DNA from: Blepharisma stoltei ATCC 30299
Lineage: Eukaryota; Protista; Ciliophora
NCBI GenBank assembly: GCA_965603825.1
Contig: CBFDEM010000018.1
Span: forward strand, 930,001-994,000
Length of the DNA: 64,000 nt
Direction: 5' to 3'
The notes beneath the pieces are model-generated. The model saw only the letters and a program-made list of their open reading frames with translations. It had not been told where the DNA came from and did not search any database. Shown here piece by piece: positions 33,022-44,897 of this stretch. A program made the translations under genes and the position numbers. Each line of letters starts with the position of its first letter. The stretch's first letter is position 1.

Positions 33022-35592
33022 TTACCTAAATTTACTTGTTGTATGGGGACGCATATAAGGGATAGAAGATCTCCAATGTATTGAGGAAAAACCTTTGACT
33101 GCAAGTTTAGAGCTGAGAGGATTAAAGTTGCTGAATTTTTCAATACATTTGGAAAAGCTTTCTCCATCAGATTCAGCTTCAGCATAGTATCCTTGTGATT
33201 GATCCTGCGTTTTGATTGTTTGAAGAGTGGAGATGATATCGCTGAGAAGTCCTCTTTCTCTTCCTACAATGCAGGAAACAATGTCTTGAGCGATTGTGTT
33301 GGATGAAGATTTTAGCATTTCTTCAAGCTGGATGATAGAGCACTTGCCGATGGTTTGATTACGAACTTCTTCAAGCATGTCATTTTCTGAATCGGGTTGT
33401 GAAGAAGCGCTGTAAACTTTTTTTCTTTTCATTTCTTTCATTTCAGATAGACGAACTTCTAATTTTTGCAGTAAGGTTCCAGCTTTGTGTGCTTCAGGGT
33501 TTTCCCAAGCGTGGTGGCAAATGAATTTATCAATTGATTTTTTCCACTCTTTTCTGAGTCTTTCTTCTGGAATTGTCTTAATAAGATCGATGACCCTTGA
33601 AACATAACAGATCAATACATCATCTCCGGTGACCACAATTTTATCAGTTTGAGGTTGCTTGTGAGTGCAAGGAATTTCTGAAGAACCTTGAGACTTGCAC
33701 TGTATGCAAGAAAAACTGTCAACTTTGATTTTTTTGTTTGAAGATTGCTCATTAGCATCTTGATTTCGATTATCATTTGCGGGGGGATTGCTTTGATCTA
33801 CACAGGTGTTTATTTTTATATCCCTTTTTAGCAGCGATGTAGTTTGAGGACGTGTAAAATTTTTGACTGAAGATGATGAGTGGAGATCTGCAGAATCATT
33901 AAAAAGAGCATTGTAAAGAGCTTTGTTAATGGGCCGTATTGTTGAAAAATATTGGTCGTAATAGTCACAGTCCTTGGCAGGATAAATTCGTAAAAACCCT
34001 CCTCTTCTATCATATTCTTCTATGGCTTCTTTTATTACATCTTTGAGCTTTGATCTGCTGTTCGTATCCTTCCTTTTCATAGATGGAGATTGAGCTCTCG
34101 CAGGCTGACTGCTGACTCCCCTAAATTTATTAGAATATTGGCTTTGCCTAAACCTTATTCTTGCTCTAATCTTACTAGGATTTTCTTTTTTTCTGTCATA
34201 AACCCTTACCCCAATTAAATTAAAAGCATCTGCAATCAAATTTCCTTTGATATGCAAATCCAAAGGTGCATCAGTCGCCAAAGAAGGGCTGAGGTTTACT
34301 TCTAGCAGCCACGGCTTTAAGTTAGAATCCAGTAAAACATCAAACCCAAACAAATCAAAACAGTTATTTCTATGCAGTCCAAGCTTTCTAGCATTATCAA
34401 TAAGAATTTCTTCTACCGAAAGAATCGCTTTGACAACTAGTTCATAAATCCTATTCCACATCAGATCAGTATCTATCCCAACGCTTTCCAAATGCTTCAT
34501 TAGCGCATGTAAGCTTCATTTATGCCCCACATCATCTTGTCTTCAGTCATTGTTCTGCACAAATTTATCATTGTTTTTGTTTACACTATAGTTCGTCAGA
34601 TGGATAAAATGATTGTTTTTGTTCCCAGGAGTATAAGGTTCACTTGCGAACCTTGCCAAGCCTTCTTCATATATATAAATTTTCAATGGGTCGATACTTG
34701 TTATGAGAACATAAAGTCTGATATCAAATTTTAGACCATTGATAAGCAATGGGTTTTGAATGTATTGGGAAACTATACAAGGCTCATCAGTTGGAACATC
34801 TTCAACGTTTTCAATCAAATAAATTCCTCGCCCTCTTGAACTTGCAGATGGCTTCAATATCCATTGAGCAGTTTTATCTCGATAAAATTGATTATAAAAG
34901 TCAGAATACTCATCAGGCAGGATAAAGGTATCAGGTATAAAATCAAATGCTTGCTTACCAAATTTTTTCTGCATGGCTACAATGTTAGCACACATCCTGT
35001 CTTTTCTAGTCAATTCAAAAGAATTTGGGAAATGATTGATTCTCTGATACTCATTTAAACCTTCATATAGGTAAGGCTTAGCACTTGATCCTATTCACAT
35101 AATATTCCAATCGTGCGAATCTGTATAATTAAACCCTGATGCTTCAAAAATTGATCGGACAAGTTTTGCATCTGTTTTATAAATCCTATATAAGAGTTCG
35201 TGTGGCTGCAAAAAATTCCCCTTACAGTAGGAATTTTGAGGCAGAGAATTCTTTACTAATTGCTGCTCACTTACTGGCATAAACAGTATTAAAGAAGGTC
35301 GATAGTCTTCTTCTTTTTTTAGTTTGTCAAGCTTTTGTCGGCAGGCAGCTTCAAATAATTTCAAAAATTTTGTAGATGTCCCTCGTTGTGTGTGTAGGCC
35401 TTGCCCTGGCCTCCCAACTGTTTCTATAGAGATGCCTTTTCATGAATTTTTTTCGTGTTCTTGATTGGCTTTAAGCAGCCTCAATGCTGAGTTGTCTGAA
35501 GTTCCTCCTTTTGGAGCTACTGTGACTATTGTGAATTCTGTGTTTGAAGATTTTGGAGTTCTGTGCGAAATTGACTTAGCTCTAAATGACAT
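33022..35592 (-). CDS. Tubulin polyglutamylase, TTLL4/5-like, 856 aa
   Basis: One frame from ATG35592 through TGA 35440, 35095, 34543, 34516; QRINHFPNSFELTRKD, WILKPSASSRGRGI, KFDIRLYVL, EEGLARFA, HLTNYSVNK, GHKWSL, LLEVNLSPSL. Confidence 0.9.
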
Positions 35593-36075
35593 TGATTAAT
35601 ATTTCTTTAAATTATTATTCTATTTTTCTTATTTGGCTTGTGTGAGGTCTTAAGAATAGAAATTCATGATAATGAGAATAGATATAAAACGCTTACTCAA
35701 TGATTGATTTTTAATGACTACTTCTGGAATTAAAACAAATGATTGATTTGTGGTGATGCCATCTTAAGAAGTTTTATGGTTTGCGAATTAAATATAACTG
35801 AACAACTTTTAATTTTTTATATTTTAATTTTAAGTTTCAAGAAAATTTTGGAAAAAGTTTTAAATTAGCATAACATCGAAAAATTAAATTATTTCGTAAA
35901 TCCACATATTTAGTAAAAATTTGCATTCGTTGTTTTCAGTGAAAATGTAAGGCAAAATAATTGCATTGATAAGTATAACTATACGAATTTGCGATGGAGT
36001 TTCAAAAAGATAATCTAATAAATAGCTTTGCAGAAATCATTGGGGCTTTGTCATCTTTATAAAAATTATAAAATA

Positions 36076-37182
36076 ATGAGTATACCAAAATTTACAACTG
36101 ATTCGCATATTATCTTCAGCACAATTTGCAAACAGCTTGAGTGTCCAATATGCACGATCTCTAAATCTACTTCGAATTTTACTACGATTAAAGCCTGTGG
36201 ACATTCGTTTTGCAGCTTTTGCATTCAGTCTTATTTACTTAATCAGATTGACATGGGCAAATTCTATCCTTTAAAATGCCCAAACTTTGAATGCACGTCA
36301 GAAGATATTGATATTGAAGAATTTCAAGGATTGCTTACTGATGAACAATTTCAGCAATTCGCAAGACTAAAACAAAGAGCTTTGCTTGAAAAAGATCCAA
36401 ACTTCAGGTGGTGCCCCAAGCCTGACTGCAAAGGATATTGCTACATTGAGAACTCAAATATGAACTTAAAATGCAACTTGTGCAGCTTTGAATTCTGCGC
36501 AAGCTGCAAAGAAGCTTGGCATACTGGAATCTGTATATCTGTTGAAGATGGGCTTAGACAATACGCAAAAGACAAAAATCTTAAAAAATGCCCTTCTTGT
36601 CATTCTTATGTCGAAAAGGTATGGGGATGTTCCACTATTGTTTGCAGGTGTGGAGTAAGCTTTTGCATGAGCTGTGGAAATCTTCTGGACGATAAGCACG
36701 ACCCAATTGTTTGTACACTCGGAGGAAACTATTCTAACGCTTCATGGGGTATGATTCTTTTATTTCTTGCCGCCTGAGTGATTTTTCCAATTGATTCCTT
36801 TATTTTGATTGTTCATATTGGAGAAAATTGGGGAGGGCCTGAAATTGAAGATAAATGTGATCGATATATCTGGGAGCATCGAAAAGTATTTTATGTCATA
36901 GCGTTTTTATTGTCTCCAATCTTTACTGTGCTGCTTCTGATTCTGTTTGCCGGAATATTTTCAAATGAAATCTTAAATGAATATTTGAAAAGTCATTACA
37001 TCGAAGAGAGACTTAACTGAAAAGTTTGGCTTGCAATCAAAATTGTTTACTATATCCTTAGCACTATCATTATACTAGTATTGATTGTTCTAGTCTGGCT
37101 AATATTTCATGCTCTTTTGCCTTTGTTTGGTTTAGGGCTATTAATAGCAAAATTGGTTTATATCTGCAAAAAAGCTAAATAA
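36076..37182 (+). CDS. RBR (RING1-IBR-RING2) E3 ubiquitin ligase with C-terminal transmembrane region
   Basis: CPIC..CGHSFCSFC..CPNFEC; RWCPKPDC..CNLC..FCASCKEAWH; KKCPSCHSYVEKVWGCSTIVCRCG; reads through TGA36775 and TGA37018 into hydrophobic helices; TAA 37180. Confidence 0.88.
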
Positions 37183-37216
37183 TGCATTAATAAAAACTTA
37201 TTCCAAACTTTGATAA

Positions 37217-38686
37217 TTAATTATTTTTAAAATTTTCTAATTCTCTTCTATACATCCCCAATATTTCTTCATACTTTATTAAAAGATTTTTCATGTAAGC
37301 GAACTTTTCTTCGTACTTCTCTTGATCTTCTTGTGCATTCTGTTGAAATTGTAACAGCTTAGTTTTAAGCATATAATTTTCTTCAAGTTTTAACTGTGAT
37401 TGTTTAATTAAATCATCAAAATATTTGAATTTATCAACTTCTGAAGCTATTACTAATTCACAAAGACTAATCATTCCAGCAAATATTAGACCTATCATTT
37501 TTGATTCTTTTGGGATTTTTTTCGCTGCATCATTTAGTACCATTGTTAAATAGTCGAGATATTTTCTATGATTTTCCTCACATATACCTTTGACGTCTAG
37601 TATCTGAAGGTCTTGATTAAGCATACCTATTTGTTCTTGAATTATTACATAAATTTCATTATCAGCAGACATGAAATTCTTGAAGTTTTCAGGTCTTTCT
37701 TTGCCTTTGAAATTTGGAGTCATTGGAAGATTCGATGATTTTGAGCTATTTCTGCTTAATTTAGAGATACTTGATTCTTCAGCTTCTAAATATGAGTCGA
37801 CTTCATTATCGATGGAAAAATTAGTATTTTTATTAAAAATTTGACTTCCATGATGCATGTGACTTGGCTGAAGCTGCTGGGAGCCTCCTAAAGAGTCTAC
37901 TCGCTTTTTTCATGGTATTGTTAAATGAATTAAATTTGTGGCAGGGGTTTCTAGTGATACCTGCGCTGATTTGTTTATAGATTCAACTTTTATTATCTTT
38001 GAGTTGAGTTTTTTAGCATACGTTGATACACTTTCGTTCAAAGTTGAGATTTCAAGGAAAAGTGATAAGGAGTTAAGCTTTTGGCTTAAACTTATATTAT
38101 CAGAATTTTCACAATAGCTGCAAATACGTTTTTTTGATTGAGAGGGAAAGAGGCTGTAGTTTTTACAGCTCAAACACATTTTAGGCACCCCTGAAGTCAA
38201 GTCAAGGTCATAATATTTTTTTCTTGGTAATTTAGTGTCTCCATAAGATTTTCCTTTGCAATTGCAGCCACATAAAAGGCAGCATTGAGAAGTTTCATTT
38301 TTTTGTACTGCTTCAAAAAGTTCAGCTATTTTTGATTTTAGCGAAGATAAGTTATTTAGCGAAGAAATCAGTTTTTTATAAAGAAACCTTTCTTTTTCAT
38401 CAGCATTTTCACATGGCGAATCTTCTCTATCCTTCTCATATAAATCCAGTAAATTTTTCGCAATTTCTCCAATTGGCATTTCTTTGCTTAATTTTGACCC
38501 TTGTTGCATTTTTTCAGACTCCGAAAATCTTCAAATTTCAGATTTCAGATCTTTTGTGGATTTATTTGGAGTCAACGATCTAGAAGCTCTCTGTTTAGAT
38601 TGTGACGGAGACCTAGAATGGTTTGGTGGATTCTTATTATATCCAATTTTTTGTAGGGAGCTTCGTCCTTGGCTTATGTCTTGCAT
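37217..38686 (-). CDS. Hypothetical protein with Cys cluster and coiled coil, 489 aa
   Basis: ATG38686, in frame through TGA38531 and TGA37910; CCLLCGCNC...CLSC...RICSYC. Confidence 0.72.
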
Positions 38687-38710
38687 TTAATTATTTAATA
38701 AATTAATTTA

Positions 38711-39481
38711 TTATTGCATTTGTTTTACTTGCTTCAATGTAAAAATCGTTCTTTTACGAGGACTTGAACTGAAATCTTTTCCATAAGTTGACTTGTATTG
38801 GCTTCTTGCAGACTCAGTTTGAGAATAATCTAATGATTTATTCCTTGATTTTATTGTAAATTGCTCTCTTTTAAAAGGCTTGAAGGTATTTCTATGTGTA
38901 GTTTCGCCATAGAAAAAGTCATTTATTCCAATTATTCTGCTTGTTGGAGATTCTAATGGCTTATTTTCGATAATTTTATCAGGCAGAGAAAAGCTGTCAG
39001 CATATGTTGTATTTGCTTTTAGCTTTATATCAATAGGCTCAGTAAGCAGTTTGGGCAGCTTTTTGAGTGGTGGAGGAGTTTTCCAGTCCTGAAAGTTAGA
39101 AGAATATGTCGATGTTGCTAAAAATTTTGGCTTTCACTTATGGTTGTCATCAATATTTAAACTTTTATTTAGTCTTTCCAAAGGTTTTTCGCAAAAATCT
39201 TCTTGCTTTGTAGTTCTCAAATCCATCTTCTGTCGACTATGTAGGAGCTCTCCTTCTAATTTTACTGGTTTAATAGGTGAAAAAGGTTTACTAATAAACT
39301 CTTTTTGGTATATTGACGAGTACATAGCTTTTGATCACGGCCTATCACGAGGAGTTAAAGACGGGCAGAGATGCTCTCCACAGCTGCATAGATAGCAATA
39401 GCAGTTTCCATTTCTATGATTAATTTCTCCAACTGGTGGGATATCTATGGTATCAAGATCGCATTCTCTTTTCTCTTCCAT
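38711..39481 (-). CDS. SAXO/FAM154-like microtubule-stabilising protein, 256 aa
   Basis: N-terminal CYCYLCSCGEHLCP and repeated Mn-type motifs (SIYQKEF, TTKQEDF, STYSSNF, TTYADSF, TTHRNTF, STYGKDF); TGA39335 and TGA39134 read as Trp; mostly missed by the ORF track. Confidence 0.8.
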
Positions 39482-39577
39482 CTTTCACAGTTATCCTCAA
39501 ATTTAAATTCTACTACAAAGCTGCTATAATAAAAATAACTGAGAATTAATTATTGTTCGTGATAATTATAACGATCG

Positions 39578-40564
39578 CTATGATACTTTTGCGAGATCGA
39601 CGAGTTTGACCCTTTGGATTCCTTGGATTAACTTTGTTGGCCAGATTTTATGGTGCCTCATTTCGACTTCCAGCTTATTTTTGAGACTGGTTTGGGGTAA
39701 AAACGTTTTCCTAACTTGTGAGTAGTATTCTTTCATCTTGTGAAGCTTTTCGCTGTCTTTTTTTTGCACTCTATATTATAATTACTTTGTGAGGGCTATA
39801 TCTCTAAATGAGTGGTGATAAGGAATATGCTCTTTTCTTAGTTCGTCACTAGATGAATTCAAATTGTTTTTTACTAAATAAGAGTCGGAAAGGTCCCTTA
39901 ATTCTTTTATTGTTGACTCACTTCTTTTGTGAATCTTTTCAACATCATTTCAAGTTCTTTTTTGAGGAGAAATGCTATTTACTGATCTTCCTCCCGGTGA
40001 TTTCTCATTCTTTTTCTTATCTCACGATTTATTTCCTATCATATGAATCAGTACCGTGTCTTTATCCGATCTTTTCAATATAAAAGGAGGTGGTATTTTT
40101 TCAATGATATTCGGTTTTATTTCTTTCATTATTTCAGCTTCATTTGCCTCACTTTCTTGATTTACCAGGCCACCTGGTAACTTTTTAATCGTTTTCTTCT
40201 TTTTTAGCAATGAAATTTTTTCTGTTTCAGTTGATTTATGGTTTAAATAATAAGGGACACTATCATATTGTATCGAAGCGTCAGAGACTTGCTTTTTTGG
40301 AGGAGAGTATATTGATAAATTATTATTTGAAGAAGCCAAACTGCTTTCTTTCATCTGCACTTTTTCTCGTTTAGCGAGTTCTGCGATATAGCTTTCTTCT
40401 AACTCAATAAAGTTCATAAGAGATCCATCAACTGTTTTTTCTTGAGACTCGTCTCAAGAAATTTTGTCACTTTTCCAGAGAGCCCGGGCTTTTCGGATTT
40501 CTTCTGCTTGCTTGAATTTTATCATTTTAGATTTCACGATCTTTTGTGGGTTTGGTCAGAGCAT
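39578..40564 (-). CDS. Hypothetical basic protein; 1 intron
   Basis: Continuous frame through TGA 40556, 40454, 40022, 39950 plus a 15-nt intron, joining track ORFs 40022-40417 and 39578-39769; start could be ATG40525. Confidence 0.7.
39771..39785 (-). other. 15-nt intron (GTAATTATAATATAG)
   Basis: Removes an in-frame TAA and joins ALTK|VQKKD; A at position 10. Confidence 0.8.
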
Positions 40565-40710
40565 TGTGATAATTAGAGTTTATAATGAATTATTTTAATG
40601 CAATTTTTGGAATTTGATCATTTAATATAAAGACAAATATTAGCAATAATATATAACAGATTAAATTACCCTTGAAGCATTATTTCTTTATTGTGGTTAA
40701 CATCATGAAG

Positions 40711-42747
40711 TTAAAATTCCCAAGAAACAGTTGGCACAATTCCATTTTTGAATGCCTCCCAATCTATCTCTGATAAGAATTCATGAGATTTTATTTCAGC
40801 AAATTTAGGACGTCTGGAGGTATCTCGGTCTAGTAGCTTTTTTATTAAATTTTTTGCACATTTTCCAACATAATGAGGGAATTTTAGTTTTGCAGAGACA
40901 ATTTTGTGAAGAAGGTTTGTCATATTTTCTGAATAGTAAGGAGGGTATCCGCTGAGCATTTCGTATAATATGCAGCCAATTCCATATATGTCGACAGATT
41001 TATTAATCCCTGTTTTATTAAGCATTTCAGGAGATAAATATGCGGGAGATCCACAAAATGACATAGAGACATCTTCATCTTTCATATTTTCTTTTGAAAG
41101 CCCAAAATCTACTAGTTTTATGTGCCATTTATTATCAAACATAATATTTTCGGGCTTCAAGTCTCTAAAAATGACGTTATTTTCATGCAAATATTCGATT
41201 GCCACAATGAGTTCTGCTATATAAATTTTTGCATACCTTTCTGGCAGATAGTTAACTTTCTGAAGTAAATCACTGAGAGAGCCATTCTGACAGTAATCCA
41301 ATGCTAAATACAACATTCTTGCAGTTTGAAATGAATAATAAAGCTTTATTATAAATGGAAAATCAGCAATGCTTAAAACATGGACTTCAGCAATTGCATA
41401 CTTTGTGTATCCTTGCCTTATTAATTTCTCTTTGAGCATTGCTTTTAGTGCATATGTTTCTTCAGTATTTTTTTTCTTAGCCAAATAAACGACCCCAAAA
41501 CTTCCAGTACCAATTTGCTGAATTATTTCAAAATCATCATATCCTACATCACCAATTGTTGAAAAATCTCCTAATGCAGATTCATATTTAGTATTATAAG
41601 TTTTCGACCTGTTTTGCCTGTATAGAAGTGCTCCAAAAATATTTCTAACCCACACATTTGCAGCTTCCTCTGATTCCACTATAAAATAATTCGGCTTACC
41701 CATTTTCATAGATATCTGAAACCTAAACCCATCTTTTTTATTGAATTTATCTTTGCACCTTTTGATCTCTTGAGCTTCATTTAATTTATAAACCTTAGCT
41801 GCTAAAGAATCTCTACATTTATCTTTATTAGCAAATAAACACAATTCTCCTTCTAAAGGCTTTAAAACAGCTCATACTTTTTTGCTTCCAATTAATTTAG
41901 GGATGCTTAGATATCCTTCAAAAGTTTCTGGCAAATCTGAAGTATCTCCCATATATTTACACAATAAATCCTTGATATTTTTATTGACTGTAACTTCAAC
42001 AGGGAGCTGTCCCATTTTATTCTCAATAGAATAGTTTGCTTTAGCTTGTAGAAGGAGATCGACAATTTCCAAGCTTCCACATAAGCAAGCACAGTGCAAA
42101 GGGGTTGAATTCGCATCAGTCTCATTATCTACAATAATATTTTTATGTCTCAACAATAAATCTGTAGCTGCTAAATGCCCTTTAATGCAGCTTAAATGTA
42201 GAGCAGCCCAATTTCCATCTCGTGTCAATTGATTTACATTTATTTTGTACCCAAATAACAGTTCCATAAGTTGCGTATAGTTGTTATATGCTGCATAATG
42301 GATAGAAGTCCATCCTTCAGAGCTATAGGTCATGGCTAATTCTTGGTTGTACTCAAGTTCCCTTGCAATTTCACGATAGTTGCCTGATTTGCAAAGGTTG
42401 AAAAATCCTTCTAAAGGATCTACAGTGGAAAAGACATTGAAAGACTGACTTCTGATATTTTCAATTACTGGGATAATTCTGCTTCCATTCAGATTTTGGC
42501 TCTGTATCCTTCTTTCATTAGGGAGTCTTAAGCATAGACAAGAGTGATTCGCAATTCCATAAAATTCTAAATTATATTCGTCATCTAATATCAGCTCAGA
42601 ATCGTTCAGAACAAATTTAAGGATCTGGTCCTGGGCTGGAATTCCTAAGTGGCTTTCTATCATTGTTTTTATGTAGCCGATACTGCAATGTGGCTCAACT
42701 TTGAACTCTAGTGTGCGATTATTTTCGCTTTTGATAAAAATCTTCAT
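40711..42747 (-). CDS. Ubiquitin-like + ankyrin repeats + PH + AGC-family Ser/Thr kinase, 678 aa
   Basis: MKIFIKS...GIPAQDQIL (Ubl); GWTSIHYAA, WAALHLSC, STPLHCAC (ANK); FEGYLS..KKV-W(TGA41872)-AVLK..WVRNI (PH); IGTGSFG, FRDLKPEN, DFG, SFCGSPAYLSPE. Confidence 0.88.
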
Positions 42748-42938
42748 ATAATAATTATTTGAGAAATTAAAAATAGCAGATTATATCAAATATTGATTAT
42801 AATGATCCTGACGAAATCCATAATTTTCTTCAGATTTTTAAAAGCTACTATATAATAAATCCTAAACTCCTAATTCTTAAATGCATACATTTATTTAAAA
42901 CAATTTGTCAACAATTAAACTCAATATTTTAATTGTAT

Positions 42939-44516
42939 ATGGAGAGAAGGCTTGATCTGCTGGAAACCAAACTTAGCAACCTTACCAACGAGCTGAATGG
43001 AGGCAGTTTCCAAAATTATCTGTCTGATTTCATTAAATCTCACATTGATGAATGACTTTCAGATACTCTCACAGTAAGCTGCATAAAAGAAGAAATTGAG
43101 AGAAGATATAAAAGAAATCGAACTGAGCTACTAGAATTTGTGAAAACAAACAATAACACTCAGCATGAAGTCAGAGAGCTTCAACATAAGTTCAAAGTTT
43201 GCTTTGAAGATATTCAAAGGCTCCGTGTTTCAATAGACGATGTTTCTAACGATCTTAAATACAGAGCATATCAGTCAGATTTGTTTAAGGTTGAAAAAGA
43301 GCTCCATACAATGTGCCCGCTGTCTTATGCTCAGCAGCTAGCTGCTGAACTAAGAACAATGGCAACTGCTGAAGAGCTTATTAAGACACAAAACAATATA
43401 AAAGCTGCAACTGCTGAAATGTACTCAACATTTCTAGACAAAAGTGAACTTAAAAAAGAAATGTCTCGCATTCAGAATCTTGTTAATGAATTGTTCTATG
43501 GATATGCAAAAACTGAAAAAGTCAATGAAATTAGCGAAGCTTTAAGTGAAAGATGCAACCAAATAGAGCTTACTAACAAAAAAATCTCTGAGCAGCAAGA
43601 AAAATCTGCTGCGAATCTGAAACTTTTAATTTACGAAAATTCCCAAGAATTATCAACTAGGGTCAAAAGAGAAGATATGGATGAAGTTCTGAAAGAGCTT
43701 TCATACAAAGCCACAATTGCTGAATTTTGCAAGCTTCAGTCTGAAACTTATCCACGATTAACAAATTTCGCTATTGATTTAGAAAAGTTCAATAGAATCC
43801 AACAAGAACAAGAAACCGCTCTAAGCCGACTTGATGAAATTATCCTCCAAAAAGCATCAAAAGTAGACGTTAGAGATTTAACAAACAAAGTAAAATCAAT
43901 CACAAAGCATATTGATTTGGAGCAAAAAATTGACGATTTATTAGAAAAAATAAAATTCATATCATATCAAGATGAAGAAAGAGATAAAGGAATGAAAAAA
44001 CTTCAAAATCAATTACATGAGATCTGAGACTTTTATACTAAAAAGAGAAATGATGCAGATGATCGAAAAATGATAAAGGATCAGATCATTGAGCTCAATT
44101 CGATACTTTCTTATAAAATTGATAAAGATGATGTTGCTAAAAGTCTAGAAGAAAAAGCTACGGTGGAAAGTGTGAAAAGTTTGTCAGTTTCAATTGAATC
44201 GGTTCATAAGCAGATGAAGCTTCTTGCTGTGCAGCTTGGAGCTATTCAAAAAACATTTTCAAGCTCAAATAATGATAAAGGAAGCACAAGATCGAAAAGG
44301 GACCATTTTTATAAGATAACACAGAGATTGGTGGAATATATAGTTCGCTCTCAGCCAATTGCTGATAAGTCAGTAGGGGAAGAGTTCAAGTCTTTTCTTA
44401 GGCTTCCTGAAACAATAAAAGTGACTTCTCCTGAGCCGTTGAGGACGATGACCCCAAACAATCGTTTGCTGACTCCTCATCGTAAAATTTATTACTCGTT
44501 TGAGAATCCTGTATAA
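42939..44516 (+). CDS. Hypothetical coiled-coil protein, 525 aa
   Basis: ATG42939, in frame through TGA43053 and TGA44025 to TAA. Confidence 0.78.
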
Positions 44517-44897
44517 TTTAGCTGTGCTAAGTTAATGCATTTAAAATACCTTTTGATAAATTTAAGTTAGCTAAAGAGATTTAATATTCTTTGATATTTA
44601 AAGTAAATAGTTATTTGACACTTAGTTAAAGAATGCATGAAGTTTACTTCTCTGCCCGCATGATAAAGAAAAGGTTAAAGAGGCGAAAAATAAGCTCCAA
44701 GTGCGCAAGCTAGGCAATAAGATCATTCAAATTAAAAAGCAGCTATTTGAAGGAGATATTACCATTTTAAAGCAAAAAAGAGAAGCCTTAATTTCATCTA
44801 CAAAAACACGAAAATTATATTTGCAATTTAATTTATTTAAGATTCTTTGCTATTCAAACTATCTAATGATTAGATTTTCATATTAATTATACTCTGC

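Noticed and set aside
43074-43089. Intron-like GTAAGCTGCATAAAAG in the 42939-44516 gene
   Set aside because: The unspliced frame is open, and removing it shifts the frame into a TAG after 14 codons.
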